Assembly (NCBI GenBank): GCA_018985225.1
Contig: JADGIF010000122.1
Coordinates: 1-18,806 of the forward strand
Direction of reading: 5' to 3'
Origin: Amoeboradix gromovi X-113
Lineage: Eukaryota > Fungi > Sanchytriomycota
Length of the DNA: 18,806 bases
Shown here: positions 8,101-18,682 of the stretch, piece by piece
Layout: every line of letters begins with the position of its first letter
Numbering within the stretch: position 1 is the stretch's first letter
Notes under the pieces: generated by a model
Seen by the model: only the letters and a program-made list of their open reading frames with translations
Told to the model about the DNA's origin: nothing
Database searches by the model: none
Translations under genes and position numbers: made by a program

Positions 8101-8944
8101 TTAATTGAAGGAGCTTATTATGATTACAAAAACTACTTCGTTATGCAAACGTACCAGAATTCTGTGGTATCTTATAAACACGGTTTTATTTCTTCCCGTC
8201 TATGAAAAATGACTCAAAATCACTCCAGCCAAAGTATAACAAACTGAAGACATCGAAAACGATACCGCATGTCATTCTCTACCGGAACTATCAGGTCTCC
8301 CCGAACTCTAGCAATGAGATTCCTGTACCGTTTGCAGGGCGTTCAAGAATCTCTTGATGTTTCCACATTTTTCTCAAAATAGAATATCTTGTTGAAAAAA
8401 AACAGTCTTGAAAGACAACCCGATGCTATGTCTCGGGACTTCCCTGGCACTATAAATACTGAAGACACTGTAAGACGTCGTTTACAACCGGATAGAGAAA
8501 TCGTGAACACATGCATCCTATTAACCCTCCTTGAGATATAAAAGCGTGTGCTATCACTGTAACTCAGTGGCATCCACTGCAGTTTTCTCTCTAAAAGCTA
8601 GGACTCTTGATGAGGCAAGATATAAAAAAATTGAATTTTATGAAGGCAAGAAATAAAATATAAAACTTAGCGCATCACATTAACGAATATTGATTTGTGA
8701 AAAATCGATGTGCCATCAGGAAATTACGCTTTAAATTCTCTTTCTTGCCTATTCCTGATTTTAATGGTGATAAAACCCTTTGCAGGTTGATCCGCTTTCA
8801 TAGATACAGGTTCCGTAAAGCAGCTTTGATCAATTAGCAACCAATACTTTGAAAATGGGGCCTTGGGCAGATCAAAACTGCAAAAGAATTAATTTATCCT
8901 GTCAATAGCGATTTACTAAAAAAGACATTAAAGCCAAAAAATAA

Positions 8945-11041
8945 TCAGGTCGATCTGTCATTGCAACTAACATATCTGTTTTGAATCTTCAAATTGACTT
9001 CTCTCCATATGTCCTTAAACTCATTGCTCCATTTTCTAAAAGCTGTCAAATATTTCACTAACTTCATTATCTCAGTTGCAAAATCAGAATATCCCGATTC
9101 TACAAGTTCATTCAGATAATGCTCCACGTCTAGTTTGTCCTGTACATCCGGGGGCCCTTTATCTTGCCTATTTATAATCCACTCCCTAATTTTATCTAGA
9201 ATTGCTTTACGATCTCTGATATTATTAAAACCTGGCATTTCCCGTACTTTATCAAATTGTTTAGTATTTCCTCTCGCCCTTTTTAATTTCTGCAGGAGCC
9301 CGTTCTCATTTTGTTCTCTTTTCCAGTTGTGGTATACTTCTAGCTGAAGTGATGAGGGTAACTCATCATAAATACTCTTATTAACGGAATTGAAGAATTC
9401 CTGGTTTATTGATTTCTTCACATTTTTATTATCAAATTCAAACTTGGTGTTAAAATTCGTTTCCAATTGCAGTTGTAGCAGCTGAATACCTACACCTCTT
9501 AGATCACATATAGCGCTGTTGTACTTATCTGCTAGCAATGTTACATGCTTTAAAATTGTTTTGAAATCATTGGTTGTAGGAAATGTAGCTACAAATGACA
9601 CAGTGTCACATATTCCATGTCCTAGATACTTCGTAGGATTCACTGGCTGTCCCGGTTGTCTCACCATCAACTTTAACGCACATTTTGCACATAATGAATT
9701 TGAGCTTACCAACCTTTCGACCACCTGAGCAGCTAGTCCATTTAAAAACTCAATAAAGTCTTGCTTTACTGTAAATCGTATTCCCCAATTTATTTCGGCA
9801 GATACACTTTGCCTCTCATCCTTAATACTATTAAGAGATCTTTTATCAATTCCACGTAACATTTCATACATAGTGTGCCCTTTATTCTTTCCAAAGTGAA
9901 GCTGTAGATATTCTGAATCTTTTTTGATCAAATCACCACAATTTAGAATTCCCAAGTCCTTCATTGTCTTGCACATCTTCCAACCTACGCCCGGCAAAAC
10001 ATCCGGGCTATAGTCCTGAAGTACAGATTGTATTTTATCTTGTGATAAATAATATTCACCACAAGGTTTAGCCTTTTTAGTGGCAATTCGAGCTAAAATT
10101 TTATTATGACCTATTCCAGCAGATGCTTCTATTTTTATCTTGTTGAATACTTTCAGCCTCAAGTTGTTGATGTATGCAACGGCGTCCATTTCGTCTTCCA
10201 CGAAATTAGATATGTCTATAAAAGCCTCATCACAAGATATTGCCTCAATTTCATCGCAGTTGGCAATTAAAAGAGAGTAAAAATCTTTTGAAATTGAGCG
10301 GTATCTGTCAAAATCATATGGCAAGACAACTAGACTCGGGCACATCCGTTTTGCAGCGCCGAGATGCATTCCGTTTTTAATGGCAAATTCACGAGCTACA
10401 TAATTGCAGCAAGCAATGTCTGCAGAACTGGATTCGACATTTGATCCGTGGCTAACTGCAACGGGGCAATTTGCATATTGGGGGTAGTTTAACAAAGACG
10501 CAGAAACAAAAAAGGCGTCTAAATCAATGTGAGCTATGAATGTTTTTTTTTTCAAATTGGGCTTAAAAACTAGTCCAGAGCACCAATTTTTTAATTCTTC
10601 CTTCCATAAAGATAGATAATGTAACCTGGAATGCTGATAGAAGTCTCTAATAAATGCAGTAGACCCATTTTTAAACAACTCATAATTTTGATATTTCAAA
10701 ACTTTGCTGCTATTGATAGAGTCTGTTATAAATGAAGATCTGACAACAATCTTGTCTTTCCACATTTGTTTTTTAGATTCGGACAGTTCCTCTGCAATGA
10801 AAAAATCAACAGAGTTCAATCTATACTGCTCATATTTGCCACCGTTGGTCAAAATTAGCATTTTTAACTCTTTAAATGGGGGCGAGGTATCGCCGTTTAT
10901 GTGAAATGTTAAGTTCTCAAAAATTCTAGATTCTAACTCGATATGGTTGTTTTGGTAATTAAGCTTTTCAATCTTGTTGTTCATATACACATTGAATTCA
11001 CCATACTGAGGTACTGTAGTTTTTGGCTTCTGCTCAATCAT
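8945..11041 (-). CDS. REV1: Y-family translesion DNA polymerase / deoxycytidyl transferase Rev1
   Basis: N-terminal YMNNKIEKL and BRCT domain, N-digit FYQHSRLHYLS, catalytic HIDLDAFF and SCDEAFID, SVSAEINWGIRF, KYLGHGICD, and a UBM-like ELPSSLQLEV. Confidence 0.96.
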   Translation of the reverse strand: MIEQKPKTTVPQYGEFNVYMNNKIEKLNYQNNHIELESRIFENLTFHINGDTSPPFKELKMLILTNGGKYEQYRLNSVDFFIAEELSESKKQMWKDKIVVRSSFITDSINSSKVLKYQNYELFKNGSTAFIRDFYQHSRLHYLSLWKEELKNWCSGLVFKPNLKKKTFIAHIDLDAFFVSASLLNYPQYANCPVAVSHGSNVESSSADIACCNYVAREFAIKNGMHLGAAKRMCPSLVVLPYDFDRYRSISKDFYSLLIANCDEIEAISCDEAFIDISNFVEDEMDAVAYINNLRLKVFNKIKIEASAGIGHNKILARIATKKAKPCGEYYLSQDKIQSVLQDYSPDVLPGVGWKMCKTMKDLGILNCGDLIKKDSEYLQLHFGKNKGHTMYEMLRGIDKRSLNSIKDERQSVSAEINWGIRFTVKQDFIEFLNGLAAQVVERLVSSNSLCAKCALKLMVRQPGQPVNPTKYLGHGICDTVSFVATFPTTNDFKTILKHVTLLADKYNSAICDLRGVGIQLLQLQLETNFNTKFEFDNKNVKKSINQEFFNSVNKSIYDELPSSLQLEVYHNWKREQNENGLLQKLKRARGNTKQFDKVREMPGFNNIRDRKAILDKIREWIINRQDKGPPDVQDKLDVEHYLNELVESGYSDFATEIMKLVKYLTAFRKWSNEFKDIWREVNLKIQNRYVSCNDRST

Positions 11042-11115
11042 TCAACGGATAGAGTTCCTAATCCGTGTTTTCAAACAAACCTAAAATAAAAAAATGAGTA
11101 TTGCTTATTGTTTAT

Positions 11116-12867
11116 TTAATGATGAAATAGCCTAGTATTTGTAAAGCAATAGGTCATGTTAAATTCATTCGCTCTTTTGATAATTTGACTATCTTGTACA
11201 CTTCCACCTGGCGCACTAATATACTTCACTCCACTCTTAGCAGCTCTCTCCACATTATCATAAAATGGAAAGAAGGCGTCTGAGCTTAATGCAACATTGC
11301 GCATATGTTGCAGAAATTCGATTTTTTCAATCTCATTTAATTTCTGTGGAACCTGTTCAAAATTGGTTAAAGCAGCTTCAGAATTAAAATCCAAAAGTCC
11401 CTCAATGTACTGATCAATCGCATTCGACTTATCAGCTCTCTTTGTTCCTTTTTTGAATTTTAATCCCAAAACCTTCGGGTGACGTCTTAACCACCAATTA
11501 TCAGCTTTACTACCTGCTAATCTTGTACAGTGAATTCTAGATTGTTGTCCTGCTCCTAAACCAATAACCATACCATCATATGCATAGCAAACTGAGTTGG
11601 ACTGAGTGTACTTCAATGCAATTGTTGCCACAGTCAAGTCTGTAATAGCACTTGACGGCAACTCTTTAGATTGAGACACAATTTCAGAAAACGTTGATGG
11701 CTCAATTTCGACGGTGTTTCTTTTTTGCTTCAAATTGATGCCATAAACTTGCCTCTGTTCAAATAACTGAGGTTCGTAATACGGATCCATTTGCAAAATG
11801 CAGTATTTTCCATTTTTTTTCTTTTTCAACATCTCTAATGCATCGGCTGAGTACCCTGGCGCAATTATACCATCACTTACTTCACGAGATATAATGAAAG
11901 CAGTTTCGATATCACATTCATCACTTAACGCTATAAAGTCACCAAAGGAAGACATTCTGTCTCCACCTCGAGCTCTAGCATAGGCGCTCGCCAAAGGTGT
12001 AAGATGGACATTCTCAACCATGTAAATTTTGCGATCTTCATCGCTCAGCTCTTTTGCGATAGCCACTCCTGCAGGAGATACATGCTTAAATGAAGCAGAT
12101 GAGGCTTTTCCTGTTGCCTTCTTTAGCTCCTTAACTAGTGGCCATGCATTCAATGCATCCAACAAGTTAATGTAGCCAGGACTACCATTAAGTACCTTGA
12201 ATGGCAGAGCGTTGCTTTTTACGTAAACACTGGCTGGTGTCTGATGTGGATTAGCACCATACCTTAAAGATAGCAAGGACTGTGGCTCACCATACAGTTC
12301 TCTAAAATAGTACGAAATAGCTTCATCGTACTCGGCAGTATGGGAAAACGCTTTTAAAGCAAGTTTTTGACGAACACCCAGAGATACCGTGCCATCTTTA
12401 TCTAATTGGTCTGCAACAATATTGTAATCTTGAGGATTACAAATAACTGTAACTCTTTCATGGTTCTTCGCACCGGCACGTAATAATGTAACTCCCCCAA
12501 TGTCGATTTGCTCCATAGCATCAGAGAAGCTGACATTTTCTTTTGAAATGGTCTTTTGAAAAGGATACAAATTACAAACAACAAAGTCAATACGGTCATA
12601 TCCTCGTTGTCTTAAATCAGATATGTCACTTTCAATATTTCTAGCCAAAATTCCACCATGGACTGCAGGGTGAAGAGTTTTTACTCGTCCTCCGAGCATT
12701 TCTGGAGCCTGAGTAATTTCTGCAACATCCTCTACTTCTAAACCTGCGTCTCTAAGCTGTTTCGCTGTGCCGCCGCTGGCTACAAGTCTGCAAAATTTGC
12801 TTAATCTCTTTGCAAACTCTACTAGGTTAGTCTTATCTGACACAGACAATAGGGCGATTTGTTTCAT
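11116..12867 (-). CDS. ADE17: Bifunctional AICAR transformylase / IMP cyclohydrolase (PurH/ATIC, fungal Ade16/Ade17)
   Basis: [71 protein letters not shown] and terminal RLFHH. Confidence 0.97.
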   Translation of the reverse strand: MKQIALLSVSDKTNLVEFAKRLSKFCRLVASGGTAKQLRDAGLEVEDVAEITQAPEMLGGRVKTLHPAVHGGILARNIESDISDLRQRGYDRIDFVVCNLYPFQKTISKENVSFSDAMEQIDIGGVTLLRAGAKNHERVTVICNPQDYNIVADQLDKDGTVSLGVRQKLALKAFSHTAEYDEAISYYFRELYGEPQSLLSLRYGANPHQTPASVYVKSNALPFKVLNGSPGYINLLDALNAWPLVKELKKATGKASSASFKHVSPAGVAIAKELSDEDRKIYMVENVHLTPLASAYARARGGDRMSSFGDFIALSDECDIETAFIISREVSDGIIAPGYSADALEMLKKKKNGKYCILQMDPYYEPQLFEQRQVYGINLKQKRNTVEIEPSTFSEIVSQSKELPSSAITDLTVATIALKYTQSNSVCYAYDGMVIGLGAGQQSRIHCTRLAGSKADNWWLRRHPKVLGLKFKKGTKRADKSNAIDQYIEGLLDFNSEAALTNFEQVPQKLNEIEKIEFLQHMRNVALSSDAFFPFYDNVERAAKSGVKYISAPGGSVQDSQIIKRANEFNMTYCFTNTRLFHH

Positions 12868-12930
12868 GGGAAAGACTCACACAATCTTTTTTCAATGGTT
12901 GTTATCAAATTTACAAAAAAATTTATTCAC

Positions 12931-13623
12931 TTAGTTCATAAATAGCTTCGTATTCAGCACAACATGAAGCCCTTGATATATGTCCAACGCAGAGTTAAGT
13001 TGGTTAACGTTTGGGTTATCTAGCAAATCAGACAGAGATGTATCCGGACTCTTCAGAGTCATTGCTACAAGTTCTTCAATCAATGGTTCCTGCTTGACCA
13101 TGAAAAGTTGAGAATGATATGCATCCATAACATCCAGCCTCACAGCAGCATTTACCACACCTTTTAAAAAAAAGAGTAAAAAGAGAAACAAAGCATCCCT
13201 CTTGGATAAACCATACTGTTTTGCAAAGATACCAAATATACAAGGCATGTATGGGTGCAAACCGTTGTCAAACTCCCCTCTGAGGGTGTGAATGTAATGT
13301 TTGCTATCCTTGAAAAAACATTTACACACGGACAAATAGTAAGATTTGCCTTGTTTTCTAGAACTGTTTAATTTTACGTCATTGATATTTAGTATGGAAT
13401 ATGCATATGACAATTCTACCAAAAAAGCCAGCTTTTCGCTATTATCAAATGCCATCGATACGAACGGCAGCTCAGTTCCAGACTGCTTTAATAAATCGAT
13501 TATAAACGGTTCTAATTCAGCTATACTTCCAATGTTTTTCATAACCTCTACGCCATTGGAAAAGCAAAAACCGCCGCTGGGAAAGGCAGAATCGCTTAAA
13601 TAATACATTATCGTAGAGCTCAT
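12931..13623 (-). CDS. ureF: Urease accessory protein UreF
   Basis: LSDSAFPSGGFCFSNGVE, SRKQGKS, VNAAVRL and C-terminal LDIYQGLHVVLNTKLFMN. Confidence 0.9.
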   Translation of the reverse strand: MSSTIMYYLSDSAFPSGGFCFSNGVEVMKNIGSIAELEPFIIDLLKQSGTELPFVSMAFDNSEKLAFLVELSYAYSILNINDVKLNSSRKQGKSYYLSVCKCFFKDSKHYIHTLRGEFDNGLHPYMPCIFGIFAKQYGLSKRDALFLFLLFFLKGVVNAAVRLDVMDAYHSQLFMVKQEPLIEELVAMTLKSPDTSLSDLLDNPNVNQLNSALDIYQGLHVVLNTKLFMN

Positions 13624-13694
13624 GGTAAATTGTGAGAAAAATGAATTTAGTCAATCTTTCGTATTCACAAAAGGCCTTTCTAACTTTCAAAACA

Positions 13695-14510
13695 ATGAGT
13701 GGCTTTGTAAACATGATTAATCGTTCCCAACCAGATGAAATCTCTCGCTTTGTGAATAAGTTTCTACAAGATACTGAAAAGAACATGGAGATTATATCCA
13801 AAAATGTAGATACCATGGTAAATACAGAGAAAAAAACGCGAAAAAGAAATCTTCAATTCTCATCTGCTCTAAAAACGTCAGCAGATTCTGAGTTACCTCA
13901 GACTAGACTTGCACTTGCTGGAATCTCTGAAGCCATTCAAGATATTCAAGCTTATAGGAAAATAATGTATGATACTATAGAAGCCAGAGTCCAACAGCCT
14001 TTATCGCTTTATAAAACATTCGTTTCCAAGGCAAAAGATGATCTTAAGAGTAGAGAGTCTGCTAGGAAAAGGGAAAACGATAAACAGAATTTAATGGAGA
14101 AATTGAACATAAAAGAAAGTAATAGAGCAAAGCTTGCTAAAGGACATTTAGAATTGGCTGGCGCTAATCATGAGATGTTCCATACCTCACTAGCACTTGC
14201 AGAACACATTGATTCCTTAGAGGCGAAAAAGATTAGCGACGTTAGAGCAATTTTAAAAGATTATCTGACCATTCAAATGGAGTTTCATTGTCGATCAGTG
14301 GAAATACTAACAGATGCTGTGGGATTCCTTGAATCTTGTGAAATGGATAACGACATCGGCGAAATAAGAGAAAGAATGAGAACCATAGGACTTGGTGAAT
14401 ATAATGGGACGCCTGTTAGTAAATCTGTTTATTCCTACGCCAAGCACTTTTTGTCCAAGATACTTTTCCCATGTTCTTCATATTCCTGTTTTGTAACCCA
14501 CATACTTTGA
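13695..14510 (+). CDS. FAM92: FAM92/CIBAR BAR-domain protein (Chibby-interacting, ciliary transition zone)
   Basis: [37 protein letters not shown] and [32 protein letters not shown] follow the FAM92 pattern. Start taken at ATG 13695 (ATG 13641 also possible). The 3' end overlaps ARP4 and is uncertain. Confidence 0.8.
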   Translation: MSGFVNMINRSQPDEISRFVNKFLQDTEKNMEIISKNVDTMVNTEKKTRKRNLQFSSALKTSADSELPQTRLALAGISEAIQDIQAYRKIMYDTIEARVQQPLSLYKTFVSKAKDDLKSRESARKRENDKQNLMEKLNIKESNRAKLAKGHLELAGANHEMFHTSLALAEHIDSLEAKKISDVRAILKDYLTIQMEFHCRSVEILTDAVGFLESCEMDNDIGEIRERMRTIGLGEYNGTPVSKSVYSYAKHFLSKILFPCSSYSCFVTHIL

Positions 14511-15592
14511 AATGAATCACAAGATGCCAATATTGATCCTCCTATCCATGATCCAAATCTGCGCTCACTAGATTGGCTACCAGCGTACACTTTAACTTTT
14601 CCCTTCATTATACCACTCCTTTGTATCTCAGCCTAAATTAATATATGAAGTACTTCTAGCCGTTCTGCAAACCCATTTATCGATGATGTACCGCCTGTCA
14701 GTACAATATTACCAGGCAATAGATTTTTACATTCATTATCACACATGTCATAAGATGCTTGCACCATTTTTATAATCGACTGGTATTCCTGGTTTAGAGA
14801 AGATGGGTTAAATAAAAGGTCAGTTATAAAAGGTTCTTTGGTAAAAGACCTGTTATATCCATCAGGAAACTCAAATGGTCTACCTTGTTGCACTTGTACT
14901 GAATTAAAAGAATTTGAGGTGAAAACATGTTCCTTAAATACATGCATAATGTCCATTTGCAATTGCTTCTTCACTTTGTCATTAATCGCTATTTTTAGCC
15001 TATTTTCAGGATCAGGTAACTTTCCAGGTTCGAGAATAGGTTTTTTGTCAACAAGCAATGAAGGATACGGATCATATTGATATTCCTTTTTAAGATAGTC
15101 TAGCGCATACTGAGATAGAAATTCACCAGCTAGAGTAGATGTTTGCACACTATTCTTGACATGGTACCCTTCATGTACTGCACAAACTGTTGTTTGTTTA
15201 TGCCCTACATCAATTACCAAAGCGTTAGTTTTTGCAGCATGAAATGTGCTCAATACAGGTCTACAGCAAAAATACAAACAAGGTACTTGTTCAAACAACC
15301 TGTCCATTAATGCCACTCTTTCCTTTGTATTTGGTGCATCTGGTATCATAAGTGCGTGCTCGCTCATATCTAACCCCATATATCCGTACGCTTGATTTAA
15401 TAGTTCATCATAATCGTCTTCCTTGATCTCAATAGTTGACAATGGTTTAAATACGTTTCTCAATACCTTTTGCCCATCCGTGAACAGAGTAGATGGAGTC
15501 ACAAATGCAGGTAAATCGGTCCCAGCATGTCCAAATTTTGTCTCGTAACTTCCATGGTCAAATACTACCGCATTCCTCTCTACAAATGTCAT
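14435..15592 (-). CDS. ARP4: Nuclear actin-related protein Arp4/ACTL6-like; two exons (15592-14654 and 14632-14435)
   Basis: Actin fold: [44 protein letters not shown]. The missing C-terminus ([15 protein letters not shown]...[13 protein letters not shown]...KKCLA*) resumes immediately after a 21-nt GT-AG segment. Confidence 0.85.
14633..14653 (-). other. 21-nt spliceosomal intron in ARP4
   Basis: GTACTTCATATATTAATTTAG has GT-AG ends, is phase 0 and ends in an in-frame TAG. Removing it gives FAERLE|AEIQ and restores the actin-family C-terminus. Confidence 0.85.
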
Positions 15593-15631
15593 TTAAACAA
15601 GGAGTAATTATTTTAATTTGTATTTATTGAG

Positions 15632-18600
15632 TTACTCTCCCACAATTGGCGCTCCACTTACTAGTCTCTTGAAGTCATTAATAACGTTCATTATTTTCTG
15701 ATATTTTAGCTGTTGCATTACATACCCTTCATTTGTTACTTTGAACGGCACATGTTGCACAGGGTTATCTGGAGTAGATTTATAGGATATCAAGCATACT
15801 GTAGGTCTTGTGTAATCAAAGTGAATTAAATATGGCACTGATTTACCTCTTTTTGATAACGAATCCAACGATGCTCTAACCTGACTCTCATTTTTTGGTG
15901 TGAATTTAGTGCTTTTGACAATTTGGCGGATATATGACTGTATTCTCCCAATATACTGCACAACGGCATCATCCATGCTATTAAATTCTTGGTTTGGGTC
16001 ACTAGTCAATATCCATCTGCCACCAGACAGTACTTGCTGAATTTCGATATTCCCAAATAGATCCTTCTCAATTTTCCATGTAATATTCAAACAGTAATCT
16101 CCGTTTCTGCTTGGTCTAAAAACATAATAATTCATTGGGTCGTTTAGAGACTTTAAATATTTACAAGCGGATTTAAAATCCAGATTCTTGTATTTGTCGC
16201 TCTTTGAATGCATTATACTTACCTGGGCTTTTTCCTGTTCCTTTTCGATTTTATCTTTATCCTGATTAGCTCTGATCATATCATAATAACCGTCAATTTT
16301 GACACTGGACTCATTGACATATAATCTCTTACTTGCCCTTGCACTGTTTCCCAAGTCTTCCGTGGGCTCATTCAAATCATCTTCTGAATCAATATCTAGT
16401 TTTATTTCCATGTTTCTGTTCTTTAAGGTGGAATCCAATGCAATTTGAAATAAATCAAAATTTGTTGCCTTTATGCTTAATCTAAGTGGTGTGCCTTGCT
16501 TAAGCACACTTAGTACATTAATGCTACGTCCATGATCATCTTTGATCAATTCAAACGCTTCATTATCAATCTTACCCTGTAGTCCACACTCCAAAGTGAT
16601 AAACGAGGCTTTCTCAATTATGCTCTTTACTTCACCATTGACGTGCGTGTTAGGGGAGTATGTCTTTTCAGTCTCACCTGTCACATAGTAGAAGACTTCA
16701 CTGCGATTACTTTTATAGTCCTGTAAATCCGGTCTGTAATCTACATAGTGCTCAATTAGCTCTTTTCTAATACTTTCTACCAATTCTTTTGCATCTTCTA
16801 CTGTCTTTCCAATTGCGGATGCCAAATGCTCCGCAAACGTATCCAACTCCAGAGATTTTAGTTTATTAGCTTTATCATCATCATTTAATAATTTTGAGAC
16901 ACTTTTACTAGGATTCTGCTCATCGATCTCTTGCTCTGCTTCCTCCAATGCATCGCTACATATTTTTCGAGCTATTAAGTAATGATTAGGATGAATTCTC
17001 ATGTCATCTAGAGGGTCAGCGTACTCAATCTCCTCTTCACCAATTCTTATTACATCGGCAGCAACTTCAAACTCTTCTTTTGTTAGTATTGATTCGATGC
17101 TATCCTCATTGAACAAATCGGCTCTGCTATACAGTACCTGATCTTCGCTAGTTAATATAGTAGATATAATGTGGCTTACCCTGGATGAATGTATACCAGG
17201 AATAAATTGAATGACGTTGTGTAAATGAGGTCTATGCAAGACGTAGTTGATATCAATTCCACACTTTGTGATGATTTCTTTTAATTTGGAGTGAAGTGCC
17301 TGATATAGTACATCCTCGGGGACCTGGTGCTGGTTGTTGTGAAAGGGAAGCAGCAAATAGTCTTTTTGCTTATTAAATAGGCTGCAAATTTCAAAAGTGG
17401 GATTAATGAAGTATCTGGCTAGAGATGTTAAATATTTGTCAATCAATGTGTACTGGGATTCCTCTGGTGCATTTCTCGGCAAATCCGGACTAACAAACAA
17501 GTTTTCACTATAAATGGAATATTTGTTTAATCTTGCAAAATAGTCACCCACAATACAGAGAAATACGGGCATTTCAGATGACTCATCTCTACTTCTGTTA
17601 TCCTTGACGCCATTGTTAAGTATAAACTCGACAACATCCTTTAGTCTAATACCTTGACCACCAATAATAATTCCTTGAATGTTAAATTCCATGTATACAG
17701 TACTTAAAGTCTTACATTTCTTCCCGTTGAACGCATTTCCACGCTCAAAATAGCTGAGTACAAATGAGTCAATCAAGAAACCATCCTTGTTAACGATAGC
17801 ACCTACAATGTCCCTATTGTCATGACTAACAGCTAAAACGTAATTGTCTTCATTTAGTGAAATCGGGCACTTTAAATCCGCCATCTTGGTCAAAGACATT
17901 ACACATTGTTTTGTAATATATTTAATTGCTCTACCCTTTAAGGTTTCAATAAAGTACTGCTTAGAATATTCCATCAACTTTACGATAGAAGCGTCACAGA
18001 TACGCTGTCTGATAGTGTTCCAGTCCGAATGAGGGTTGGAACCTTCAAAATACTCGTCCCGCCAGTTCGATTTTATTCTGTCATCAATGTCCCATTCGAG
18101 ATACAAAAGATTTTGGCTTACAGCATTTAGAATATATATGATTTGGTCATGCTTAAACTGAGAAATTGGCTTTTTCCGAATATATTTGCAAGGATAGAAT
18201 TGGTGCAACACATCAATTTCACGCATTCCAATATCAGTTGGATAAACGCTAAGTTTTGTATTTTCAAAGGTTTTGGTACAAAAAACTTCTCTAATTTTGG
18301 TACTAGAAGAAATCTGAGATACCATTGAGTTGATCACTGCGCTTTCAACCTCTCCAGTCTGTTCAGAAATTCCACCAGCTTCAATATAAAATGATTCTTC
18401 AGGATCTTGAGGAATTGTATAAAACTTGTAGCCATTCTCTATACTACTTTCTAATTCAGAAATAGAAACAAAGAACCGCTCACATAGCTTTGTAATATTC
18501 TCATCAATTATTGTGGTACTCTGAATTTGACGTTTAACTACTTGCTCAGGCTCTTCCAAATATTCCTCCTGGGCATCAAACGCCCACAAGTACTCACTAC

Positions 18601-18649
18601 CATCTCCAAAGATGTTGAGCATCAATTCTTGTGGTAAAATACCTTGCAT
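15632..18649 (-). CDS. SPT6: Transcription elongation factor / histone chaperone Spt6, lacking the acidic N-terminal region
   Basis: IFGDGSEYLWA, HQFYPCKYIRKKPI, GIDIN, DPLDDMRIHPNHYLIARKICSDALE, an S1 region (LECGLQGKI) and tandem SH2 (VFRPSRNGDYCLNITWKI). First ATG is at 18649. Confidence 0.9.
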   Translation of the reverse strand: MQGILPQELMLNIFGDGSEYLWAFDAQEEYLEEPEQVVKRQIQSTTIIDENITKLCERFFVSISELESSIENGYKFYTIPQDPEESFYIEAGGISEQTGEVESAVINSMVSQISSSTKIREVFCTKTFENTKLSVYPTDIGMREIDVLHQFYPCKYIRKKPISQFKHDQIIYILNAVSQNLLYLEWDIDDRIKSNWRDEYFEGSNPHSDWNTIRQRICDASIVKLMEYSKQYFIETLKGRAIKYITKQCVMSLTKMADLKCPISLNEDNYVLAVSHDNRDIVGAIVNKDGFLIDSFVLSYFERGNAFNGKKCKTLSTVYMEFNIQGIIIGGQGIRLKDVVEFILNNGVKDNRSRDESSEMPVFLCIVGDYFARLNKYSIYSENLFVSPDLPRNAPEESQYTLIDKYLTSLARYFINPTFEICSLFNKQKDYLLLPFHNNQHQVPEDVLYQALHSKLKEIITKCGIDINYVLHRPHLHNVIQFIPGIHSSRVSHIISTILTSEDQVLYSRADLFNEDSIESILTKEEFEVAADVIRIGEEEIEYADPLDDMRIHPNHYLIARKICSDALEEAEQEIDEQNPSKSVSKLLNDDDKANKLKSLELDTFAEHLASAIGKTVEDAKELVESIRKELIEHYVDYRPDLQDYKSNRSEVFYYVTGETEKTYSPNTHVNGEVKSIIEKASFITLECGLQGKIDNEAFELIKDDHGRSINVLSVLKQGTPLRLSIKATNFDLFQIALDSTLKNRNMEIKLDIDSEDDLNEPTEDLGNSARASKRLYVNESSVKIDGYYDMIRANQDKDKIEKEQEKAQVSIMHSKSDKYKNLDFKSACKYLKSLNDPMNYYVFRPSRNGDYCLNITWKIEKDLFGNIEIQQVLSGGRWILTSDPNQEFNSMDDAVVQYIGRIQSYIRQIVKSTKFTPKNESQVRASLDSLSKRGKSVPYLIHFDYTRPTVCLISYKSTPDNPVQHVPFKVTNEGYVMQQLKYQKIMNVINDFKRLVSGAPIVGE

Positions 18650-18682
18650 CTCAAGACAAGGAGAGGAATGCAAAAAACACTC

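Noticed and set aside
8343-8573. 76-aa minus-strand ORF in the intergenic region
   Set aside because: No motif support and no clear link to the relic at 7433-8100.
8340-8720. Candidate left TIR for the minus-strand relic (TTGATGTTTCC near 8354, GATGTGCC near 8707)
   Set aside because: The matches are too short and degenerate to distinguish from chance.
14633-14635. Alternative genetic code (TAG/TAA read as Gln)
   Set aside because: Conserved genes end correctly at TAA (ADE17, HECT ligase, UreF) and TAG (COQ3, ARP4), and long ORFs contain no internal TAR. An intron explains the single case.
1495-18328. Short ORFs antisense to, or out of frame within, the major genes (e.g. 1495-1704, 2193-2405, 4908-5243, 5897-6124, 9135-9347, 9519-9728, 10704-10904, 11798-11983, 12402-12599, 13346-13603, 13517-13816, 14838-15080, 17844-18032, 18143-18328)
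   Set aside because: They are shadows of well-supported genes and show no recognisable motifs.
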